A DNA stretch of 64,000 nt from Yuukianura sp. NJ FZ-2021 (taxonomy: Eukaryota): positions 10,664,001 through 10,728,000 of the forward strand of contig CM102287.1 in the NCBI GenBank assembly GCA_046563655.1. The letters are read 5' to 3'. The notes below the pieces were generated by a model. That model was not told where the DNA came from. It made no database searches and saw only the letters and a list, made by a program, of their open reading frames with translations. Made by a program: the position numbers and the translations under genes. Below are positions 54,098-64,000 of this stretch, in pieces. How positions within the stretch are numbered: position 1 is the stretch's first letter; each line of letters begins with the position of its first letter.

Positions 54098-55946
54098 ATG
54101 GCTCCAGCACGGGAAATCTATCGTGTCAAATGGAACAATTTCACAGGAGTTCTTCGCAGCAACTTACGTCGTTACTTGCAGAATGAAAACTTTGCGGACG
54201 TGACACTTGCCTGTGAGGGTCAGAGGATTCGTTGTCATCGGATGATCCTGGCTTCTGCTTCAGAGTACTTTGAAAGTCTCCTCAATTCAAATGAGTTTCC
54301 GGATGCAGCCACTGCCAACACGATCATCTACCTCAAAGACGTCAAATTCTGGGAACTCAAAATCCTCATTGAGTACTTGTACAACGGAGAGATTACAATC
54401 AGCGAAGAGAAGCTCAGACGTGTGTCTGCCATTGCGGAATCACTGCGCATCAAGGGATTTGCAGGGGAAGAGGGAATTATTGATGAAGACATTGCCAAGG
54501 ACCTTGGTCTGTCCAACGTCAGAACTCGACCAGCTCCAAATGCATCTCAAATTCTACCTCAACAACAACAACCAACAAAAGTTGGACTCAAACGTAAAGC
54601 TGTCGTTTCGGCTCCGCCACGTCTCATCAAAATCCAGAAACCAATGAATGCTGCTGCCGTACTTTCTACCAAGTCACAAAGTCAAGGAAACTCCAATGGA
54701 GACTGGAACAAGGTAAGAAACTTATAAACATCTTATTCCGGCAGCTTCAGTTTTTAATAGTTTTCTTTTTAGCCGAAACTGCCAACATCGGATGTGATTG
54801 CTGAACGACTGCAGCAGAGCCAATTGTTGGAGCATCTCAGAGACGCTACTGCTGAGCCAGTCAGCATCAAAAAGGAGGAAGACCATGATCAGGAAATGGT
54901 ATTTCCAAAATTACAAACATATTATGCATTTTTATTGTGTATTTTGATGAATTTTGCGTTTTTGTTAGGGAGATGATGATGAAAACGAGCTAGAGATTGC
55001 AGAGGTTGAGACTTCAGTGGGTGAAAGCGCAGTAACTTCTGATTCAGACTCTCAATCTGCAGATGAAGTGAGTGGAAAAGATGCTTCACAAGTTGAGGTA
55101 CTGACTAAAATACTGCCAATATCATTTGTAAACTGCCAATACTTTATTCTCATTTGAAATTGTAGGTTGCCATTGGAGGTGGTTCGGGACAGCAGCGTAA
55201 AGGCGTGTACAAGTACAGCCAGGAAGTTCGTGACAGCGTTTTGAGTTCTCTTCAAGGCGGAGCCTCCCTTCGGCAGTGTTCGGACTCATTCGGAATTCCT
55301 CGCAAAACAATCGCCAAATGGAAGCAACGAGAAGCAGAAGATTTGAGTAATGGAAATCCATACGAAATTCTTCCAGGTAAACATTCAGTTCCAATTTTAT
55401 TTTTAACTTCATTTTGTAATAATGAAAACAGTTAATGTGAATTTTAATGTCCAGATGTTTTCCAAGTATTTCGTTTCCTGTTTTTATGAAACTGTTTACT
55501 CTGGAATTTTTGTGAATCAATTTAAATGTTAATTTGGATTGTGGAACTTCAGTATTTGATTTGTATTTGCAGTGGTTCCGAGTTTAGCCGAAGAGGAGTC
55601 GATTCGGAAGGGATCGGCGTCTGGATCGGGGAAGAGACGCCCTGGTGGAGTCAGTTTCGAATCGGGTGATCGAGCAGAGCGGCTGGAAGCGGCCATGAAG
55701 TTGGCTCTGTCCGGAACGACAGTTCGACAAGCAGCAGTTACTTATGAGATTCCCAGAACTACTCTCTGCGCCTACATGAAGCGTCGTGGGGTTCAAACGA
55801 CCTTGAAAAAGCCGCCTCCTGGCCCCCCTCCTCCCAACACTTCCGCTTCCGTAGAGGACTTTCCTTTGTTTGGTTTGTCTGATTTGATTGAAGATGTGGA
55901 TGGAGAGGGGGACTTTGCGGCAGAAGAGGAGGAGGAACTCTACTGA
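54098..55946 (+). CDS. Tramtrack-type BTB protein with two pipsqueak-like HTH motifs
   Basis: BTB: YRVKWNNF...FADVTLACEGQRIRCHRMILASASEYF...LIEYLYNGEI...AESLRIKG. HTH motifs: GASLRQCSDSFGIPRKTI and GTTVRQAAVTYEIPRTTL. About five exons. Confidence 0.9.
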
Positions 55947-56370
55947 GCACATCAACTGGAATTACCACTGAAATTATTACAAGTATTACTCCAAATCAAG
56001 TATTCCCTAAGTTATCACTTTACGTAATAGTTAGGCTAGTTTTTCGGATTTTGTGAAGTGTGTCTTCAACTGTTGTACTTAAATACTTCAATTACTTTTA
56101 TAAATCTTTATTTTATTATTTCATTTATTTAGTCCTAATTTTATGGTTTACCTTGTCTTTCTCTTTTTAACTTATGCTTAGTATTAATCCATTAAGATCC
56201 GTGTTTTGATTAAAATCAATGTTTGATTTATTCATTCGGAACAAGTGGGACATTAAAATCAACTTACTTTTGTAAGTTGTAAACTTGGAAGTTGTAAAAT
56301 AAATAAAAACAGAGGTGTCAGGATTAGATTTCCATTTGAACTGAGAGGTCAGGGGTCAAGTGAAAATTGG

Positions 56371-58344
56371 TCAGTAGACGTAGATTTGCTTCAGTTGCTG
56401 CCGAGTTTCCACGGGCAGAGTGGATAAATTGAAGATGTTCGTTTCGGGCTGTGCTGCCGCTCGTCGGTGTCGTTTTCGGAATGAAAGGATGTGCAGAATG
56501 CGCCTGCGCAGACGTCGGAGACTCTTGAGTGAAACTGATCTTTTGAGCTTCTTCGGTGGGGCTGGTGGGTCGCTGGAGAGTTCTGCCTGGATCTTGGCCT
56601 GATCCACCACATCCTGGAAAGTTTCTTCAAGTATTGATGCAGTAGAGGGGTAGTTGTAGTAGGATTCGATGGCCAAGAGGTGGGGCAGACTCATGGAGTG
56701 GGACTCAGAGAGCAGAAGAAGGTGGGGCATGGAGACAGAGTGACCCGTGACCTTTGACATGCTCAGACTCTCTTCGCGCCACCATGGCGTGGGGCTGGGG
56801 GTGGGCAGGGAACTGAAGGAGTCCTCTGCCATGGCTCCACTCTCGCAAATCCTGGATTCTGATGCCGTATTTTTCATTCTTCTGGAGAAACAAAGCAAAC
56901 AATTAGTTTCCACTTTCACAATCAATTAACTTCCAAGGTCAATTGTTGGGAGTAGCGTCACTACTGGAGGTTAGCCTTTCTGATTAACTAGTCAAGAGCT
57001 TTGACCATGAATATTCAATTTCCAAACCACACAAAGTTACTTCCCGCTTTTCAATTTTTTCCAAGTCAAAGGTCACTTGCTCTAAAGTTCCGCTTTTTAA
57101 AAATATATTTCACTCAAACCGAAAATCCAAAAACTAAAACTTAAAATCCACCCCGAAAAATAATTTTTCTGATTCTAGGAACTGTCCACCCCCAAACCCA
57201 TAAATTTTCCGAATGACGTTAAATTCGTTGAACGTGGGAAAAAAGATTTGGACTTTGGATGTTGAATTTGCGTAAGTTGGAAGTGATCTGAAGAGAGATT
57301 TGGAAATATTTTTTATACCTGAATAGAATTGCGAGTGCTGCGATGATGGAGATGGCTAGAAGTAGAGGGAGGAGAGTGGCAAGGAGGATGAGCAAGTGGT
57401 CCACTTGTTCCTCGAGCGTCGCTTCCCCTGGAATGGGACATGAAAGTGTCAATTAGTAATTAGCTCCTCATTCTAGACTGGATCCAGTCTATTCTCAACA
57501 ATTCCATTTGACTCTACATAATATTCCATAGGAAGGAGGGGAAGGGAGACAATAGAATAAGTTCCTTTTGTTGTTCAAGGCCTTCGGAACTGACCGTGCC
57601 TTGAACTACACAAATCCAACTCCAACCAGATCAACTCCTTCGTCATCCACTTCTCATCTTCAGATGACCTTTGACCTCCTCCAGTCAAAAGTTATCTTAA
57701 TGCATGTTAATTGAAGAGAGCAGTGGCAAGTGGCGTTTGAGTCTCATGGCCATCCGTGGACCAAACAATGCCTGGATTGAGGAAAGCAAGGGACACATTT
57801 AGGAAGTGCAGAACAATGCCCAAGCCAGGAATGGAACACCAATTAAAAATGACAATTACTGACGGCACTACCACTCTAACTGCGCATCACACTAACGCCT
57901 AATACAAGCCCCTTCCAAAAATAAACTACAAAAACAGAAGGAAAGCTTTAAAATTGTTTGAGGGCTCCAAGGGTCATTCCTCCTTTAGAAAAAAAAACAC
58001 AAAGTCCTCCTCAAAAAATGAACTTTTTCAACGCCATATCCAAAAAATTATCAATCAAAAACCACTTTTCTACTATGAGAAATCCAAGAAAAAGAACGAC
58101 TGACGCTGATTCATTGCCTTTGACTTTGAGCATGACCCCTCCAGCCCTGCCACTTCAACTAATGAATGTAATTGTAATTAAATGTAATTTAATTAATTGC
58201 TATAAACCTACCGTAGTCGTTTGGAGGTATGAAGAAGACGGGAGTGTTGTTGTGATGCTGTTGCTGGGCAGAGTGGAAGTGAGGGCGCAGTTGATGGATG
58301 TCAGTCGTGTGTTCTGGACCAGGAGGCTGGTGGATGGGTGCCAT
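56371..58344 (-). CDS. Uncharacterised single-pass membrane protein ending ETRQQLKQIYVY
   Basis: Exons 58344-58212, 57427-57319 and 56881-56371 join in frame (phases 1 and 2). TM LLILLATLLPLLLAISIIAALAILF is followed by RR, and there is a basic amphipathic segment near the C-terminus. Confidence 0.75.
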
Positions 58345-58903
58345 CGTCACCCACTGTTGTCACCCAAGTGCTAATTACACTTGTTAATGACACTGGGACT
58401 CCCCAGGCTCCGATTAGCACAACAATATCACCAACAGAACAGTGGCACAAGGACTCTCCACTACAATCTAGAGACGAGTGAAGGGCAAGGGACAGAGGGG
58501 CCCTCAAGGGGTCCAAAGTCCACTTCCATTCTCCACGCAGATAAAGTCACACAGAGGAGTGTTATGTGCTGGAACTGTGCTGGATTCCAGATTTCAATGT
58601 CACTGGAACTTTGTTTTGGATTCAGTTGTCAACAAAGCTTGTGGTTCTGCTGCTGCTCCGACTCCCACTGAATTCAACACAACCCTTGCCCACCTCAATT
58701 CACAAAACCTTCATTTAATTAAACTCTTTCGTCACTCTCCTCTGCCTCAATCATCAACACAACCAAACTGAAACAAAAAACAAACTGAAACACTCACACG
58801 CATTCAAACTTTAACATTTTTAACAATTTGTAAAGTATATTTTTAAAATACGGATTTTGAAAAACGAAGCGACGACGGAAGGGAGTTCTGGAGCTGCTGG
58901 AAT

Positions 58904-61453
58904 TCAATTCGCCGGTTTTTTGCTGCTGATGATGTTGTGGTAGTTTGGTAGAATTCGGGACAGAAAGTCAATCTGCATGTTTTGATTCTGGAAAATATCA
59001 ACCACAATTTTAGGAATCCAACCATGAATTTCAACGAAATTCAAAATTTGAAAATTCCAAATGATGAAAAGTGTTTTACTTGAGGTGGGTCGTTGGAGAT
59101 GCGATGTTGAATTGGATTTCCGAAGAGAACTGAGTTGTCGTACAGCTGAGTTTGGCCAGTGACTTTCGTTCCAGCTCCAAAGGTCACCCCATTTCCAACT
59201 GGAATTTCTCCAACCAACGCTAAAAACACAAATTAAATTGGCAATCAAAATTAGTCAAAAGCAGTTCGTTGCAATGCATACTAAATCACGAGTGGAAAAT
59301 TTTTGATGGAAAAATGTGGATTCGGTGATTCAGAATTTGAAATTGATGTAAAACTCACATGAACTTTCAAACACATTTTGATCTCCAATAATCGTAGCGT
59401 TCACTGTCGATCGAACTTCAAACACATTCTGGTTTCCAATTATCAGAGGCTCGGTAGATCTAAAAAAAAAACAATTTCCAATAATTAAAAACCCAACTTT
59501 TTTGAGAAAGAGTTAATTTAAAAGTTCTTCTAACTTGTTTTCGATTGTTGCAAATTCTTCTATGAGATTTGACTCTCCGATGACGATTGGTCCATTCGTT
59601 GCGTAGATTTTCGCGTATGGATGGACGACCGTGTGTTTTCCAATCTTGACACTTCCGCGTATCTCCGCTTCCACACAAACGACAGCTCCCGGACAAACTT
59701 CCATTCTGTTCAAACAACAAAAACAGTCATTTTAGAAATTGAAATTCATTTTGAAAAGTTGGCTTCCGTGTGACTTTGTTATGAAGTTTTGTGTGGTTGG
59801 GAGTGAGGAAGCTGCGACCATGTTTTGTGAGTGGCATTTCGAATTAGCATGGGAATGATGGGGGTGTTAATGGGTGCTAATTGAAGTGCCCACCCAATGC
59901 CCACCGCTCTTTCCCGGAAACCAACCATCCTTCCGCCCAACGACGCACCTCATCCTCCTTCCAGCGTCAGTCATCGCTGCGACGTGGCTGGAAGTGGACA
60001 GTGGAGAGTGGACTGGCTAATGAGTGAGACATTTAGTGAGATTTAAGCTAATGAGTGTCATTAGGAAGTGGAGAAAATAGAGGACACTTAAGGTGCAGAT
60101 GGATCATTAGGATCTGGACACTATAAAAAGAGGGGGAGACACAGGTAGGGAACTCACTCTCTCAAAACACTTCAACTACTTCACACTAACCGAAAACTAG
60201 CCTAATCCAAACCTAAAGTCAGTTTCCTTTAAAGCAGCGAGGAATTTGAAACGGAAATCTACTTGGCCAACTTGGAAGTTCTCTTTGACCTACTTTGACC
60301 TACAAGAGAGCAATCCGTCGACAGTTTAGTTTAAACACTGTCATGGAGACGCTCTCTTTAAGGCAAAAGTTAGCAACCAGCGTTCCAGTCCAAGCATTCG
60401 GAATTCCAGAAGTGGAGACAAAGTGGTCATATTTTTCAGAAGATGCTGACGACGCTTGTAGCTCCATCTGGAACGGGTGAGTTTGAGACCAAGAGCAGAA
60501 AGTAATTAGTCAAATACTGCTAATTTGTGAGGAGAGTCATTCCATGATGAGTAATTTCCAATGCCACTTCTAATTGACGCTTGACACGCAGAGTCTCCTT
60601 TTCATCAGGACCACAAATGCTCAAAAAATGTAGATGTGGTCGCTAATCCCTCTCCCATCGGACTCTGAGATGTCAAACGAAGTCTGTTTCTGGATCGCAT
60701 TCAGTCCCTGAAGGCTCATTTGGCACGAATGCTGGAGAGTAGATGGCTGGAAGGGCGTGGCCCAGCATCAGGCGACAATGCAGCTACTGGTGGCGTGTCC
60801 AAGGGACTTCGGTGGCCATGGTGGCTGGGGTGACTGACCCCACTTGAAGTACTTTCCTCATTATGCCCATTTCTTCGTCTTCTGAAATTAGCATGGAAAA
60901 GGAATGAGAATTATGAGGAGGCACGAAATTACTCCATTCATATTCCACTTGCCTTCTAAGCAACAATGTCTTCCTTTACTTTTTAGACAAGAAAGTAGTG
61001 GGTGAAATTAGCACTTGGATGCAAATGAATCCACAGGAATTGAAATTCTGACACAACGGTTGATGCCTCATGTTGGGAATAAGTTTGGACTGACACGCAG
61101 AATAGAAGACAGGAAGTAGCTGCTGCTCCTTTTATATGAATCTATTCCTAACATTCTTCTTACAATTAATCCAGTCATACTCAATTACTTTCACAAATCA
61201 TACAAGTCCAGGGGGAAATCATGGGCAGAATTTAGGATATTACAAACTCAATTCCCTACTTTTCTAATCGATCTACACATGGAAAAGGAAACTGTTTCAC
61301 AGAGAAATCAAAACAAATCTACGATACGATTACTTTCACTATTACTTAATCTTAACTTGTTAAATTTAACTTAACAATACTTAGAAACTAAGATCACTTG
61401 TTATTAAAAACAACTGTTTAAATTCCTCACCCTCCTGCTGTGGTCTTCATCAT
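58904..61453 (-). CDS. DCTN6: Dynactin subunit 6 (p27), left-handed beta-helix
   Basis: [46 protein letters not shown]...[12 protein letters not shown]...[13 protein letters not shown]. Core exons span 59705-58904. A probable first exon 61453-61431 (MMKTTAG, phase-2 donor gtgagg) is less certain. Confidence 0.9.
60343..60646 (+). CDS. Putative 62-aa small protein nested antisense in DCTN6 intron 1
   Basis: TATAAA at 60122, exon 60343-60476 (donor gtgagt) and exon 60592-60646 (ctaat branch-like site, gcag acceptor) give [62 protein letters not shown]. Confidence 0.45.
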
Positions 61454-62129
61454 TTGAACATCCAACTTTTGTATTCTTCCTCTGCTGCGGAATGAGTTAT
61501 TCTTGGATAAAATTAACGGTAGTGGTAATTAGAATCCCGATTAATTAGCAAACTATAATTACAAAATGGATGAAATCAAATGTTAATTGTCAAAACTGTA
61601 AATAAACTTTTCAATTTTGATTTGTTTTTAATTTCAGTATAAATCTTTGGCGCTTTTTCTTTTGAAATTTTGAATAATTTTTAGTTCCCGCCACTCGATG
61701 GTAATGTGTCTCAAACACAAATCAGAGTGAGAGTGACGCCATGCACAATCTGGCGCCAAATTCGTATTTGAATTCCACATGATAACGTACCAACGGTCAA
61801 CAAACGTCATGCGCAAATAAATGGAGAGAGGACGAGTCGACGAGAGGAGGTTAGAAAAGGAACAACGTTTAAGTAGTCCGTTAATTGTTAATTAGTTTAA
61901 TTCTCATTACTTCAATCAAAAGTGCCTATCGGACGATACTGTGTTGTGCTGAAACGTGAATTCCAGTTCCAGATCCAGTGTTTATTCGTCATTGGAGAGG
62001 TAATTGATTACATAACAATTGGTGAATTGTCGGTTGGGTTTTGGTATTTGAATGGGTGTGTGGTGTGCGTATGAGTGATTAATTTTAAGTCAGAAAGCCC
62101 ATTGTGGGGTGGATTGGACCAACTTGTAA

Positions 62130-63250
62130 GCAGTCGAAAATTTTCTAAGTTTTTTAGCCAAAATTTTCGAAAAAATTTTTTTTCGTTTTTTTCACATTTC
62201 ATGACGTTTCAAACGTTTTTGGAACGTTTGGAGCAAAAAAAATTTTTTGACCCCAAGGGTCCCCCTTCCCTTTTTTTTTCAAAATTTTGACTCGGAAATT
62301 TTCTAAGTACAGAACTCAAGTGGACACCTCTGACAACCTCAAAAATGACCCCTATGAAAGTTGTTCAGAATAACGAGGGGAGCATTTTTTGTTCTGTGAC
62401 ATATGACCCTGTGACCTTCCGTTGAGGTCATAGGTCAACTTGAAAGTCAAACCCCTGACAACCCAAAAAATGACCTCTACAAAAGTTATTGGGCTTGATG
62501 AGAGGAGCATTTTTTGTCCTGTGACATATGACCTTGTGACCTTCCGTTGAGGTCATAGGTCAACTTGAAAGTCAAACCCCTGACAACCCAAACAATGACC
62601 TCTACAAAAGTTATTGGGCTTGATGAGAGGAGCATTTTTTGTCCTGTGACATATGACCTTGTGACCTTCCGTTGAGGTCATAGGTCAACTTGAAAGTCAA
62701 ACCCCTGACAACCCAAAAAATGACCTCTACAAAAGTTATTGGGCTTGATGAGAGGAGCATTTTTTGTCCTGTGACATATGACCTTGCGACCTTCCGTTGA
62801 GGTCAAAGGTCATCTTAGGTTAAGTTAGGTGAAAAATTATTTTTCCTAACTTTTCATGAAACGAAAAGTTAGTGTGGTCCCGTTGACCTCAGTGATCCCC
62901 GTGACCCCCAAAATGACCTCCAAAGGTAAAAAAAAAACATTTTTGTACTTTTGCATGAAAATGACTTTGGGAGTAGTCCTGATGATCTCAGTGACCCCCG
63001 TGACCTCAAAAATGACTTTTAAAGGTCAAAAAACTATTTTGCTACTTTTGAACGAGAAAAACTTTGGGAGTGATTGCGATGACCTCAATGATTTTCATAT
63101 TAAGTTATATAGGGTTTAGCCGGACATGCCGTTTCCAGATCACACCACGTGGAGGTACCCTATTTGTGATCCAAAAATGTTGTTGCGTACTCACCCTCAC
63201 CCCTTGTACGCCCCCGGCGGCCATTGTGAGGGCCCCTTTTACCAGTTTAA
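62130..63250. mobile_element. Probable non-autonomous element with internal repeats (Helentron/HINE-like, family uncertain)
   Basis: Internal tandem array, a duplicated aaattttctaag subterminal motif (about 62139, 62297) and a GC-rich end at 63210-63247. Boundaries are inferred. Confidence 0.4.
62325..62812. repeat. 125-bp tandem array (~4 copies), followed by degenerate TGACC-rich repeats to ~63090
   Basis: gttgaggtca recurs at 62421, 62546, 62671 and 62796. Confidence 0.95.
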
Positions 63251-63737
63251 AGCAACGTTAAATTTATTAACACTGGTACGCCGGGTAGTTTTAAAACGGT
63301 TAGCTCATTAAAAACTAATCATGAAATCAATTATTATTCAAAACAAGTTCAATGCATTTTATTTCATTAACCATGTGAAATTGAGCACAAAAAATAAATT
63401 CATTTGATTTTTTTAAAATCCATCTCAATTTTTTTTTTGATTTTTTTTTGTTATTTTTAATTTTTATAAACTTGCTTTAAAAAATTAAATATTTTTTTTT
63501 CTAATTTTCGTTAAATTTTTTGTAATTTTTTCTTCAGTTTTTTAAATACAATTTTCCTAATCCTTTTTAAATTAAAAAAGAATTTTTTTTTAATTGGAAT
63601 TGATTTTTGACTGCAAATTTCCAAAACAAAATTAATTGAAAAGCACGCTTTTTTTTCTGGGTCGCTTCCAGATGAAAAGCAAAAGCATACGGAATACTTC
63701 AGCTTTCATATAATTAATTGGCATAAAAGTTAAATAA

Positions 63738-64000
63738 TTATGGGACACAATCACGACAAGTACAATGTGGCGTTTTGATTCCTATTTCTCTTTTAGGGTC
63801 AACATCGTATCCTGGGTACATGCGTCGCAAGTCCCGAAGAAAGTGGAGTAACTTTCTGCCAAAGTCCCTTTTGTGGCTGGTATATAATTGGTTCAGGGTG
63901 TTTCTGCGATACAAAAACTCTCCTATGTAGTTAGGGACCATTTCAGCAGAACATTTTCGTAAGAAGTTGTACTTAAGGTCTTTCCACACACTTTCGATGT
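63738..64000 (-). mobile_element. C-terminal part of a Merlin (IS1595/ISXO2-like) DDE transposase, running off the window
   Basis: (N)IESVWKDLK...NYIGEFLYRR...FLRDLRRMYP matches the N-x-E-x-x-W...Y-x-x-E-F-x-x-R signature of IS1595/Merlin transposases. Confidence 0.8.

Overview
Eukaryotic, gene-dense DNA from an arthropod with short introns (mostly about 55-90 nt). It is most likely a hexapod, and a springtail-like genome is my inference, not something the sequence proves. There are no prokaryotic systems, CRISPR arrays or recognisable rRNA/tRNA genes. Spliced genes reconstructed by hand: poly(rC)-binding protein/mub (-), molybdenum cofactor sulfurase (+), NEMP (-), pyruvate kinase (+), an unclassified bZIP (-), CTDSPL2 phosphatase (-), Cullin-1 (+), an 8-Cys odorant-binding-protein-like gene (+), Gbx/unplugged (+), an SLC35D/frc nucleotide-sugar transporter (-), a BTB-Psq factor (+), dynactin p27 (-) and several orphan secreted or membrane proteins. 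Mobile DNA: repeat-bearing non-autonomous elements at both window ends, a 1.7-kb TIR element with 6-bp TSD carrying a 176-bp array, a near-perfect 0.72-kb foldback, small MITEs, and the 3' end of a Merlin/IS1595-type transposase. The most notable signals are: (1) a strong excess of perfect AGGTCA-n-AGGTCA (DR1) motifs, also built into a transposon repeat unit; (2) apparent head-to-head interleaving of PCBP leader exons inside MOCOS; (3) alternative PCBP last exons that swap a PY-type NLS; (4) a small TATA-driven gene nested in the DCTN6 intron. I cannot claim a wholly new biological system from sequence alone.
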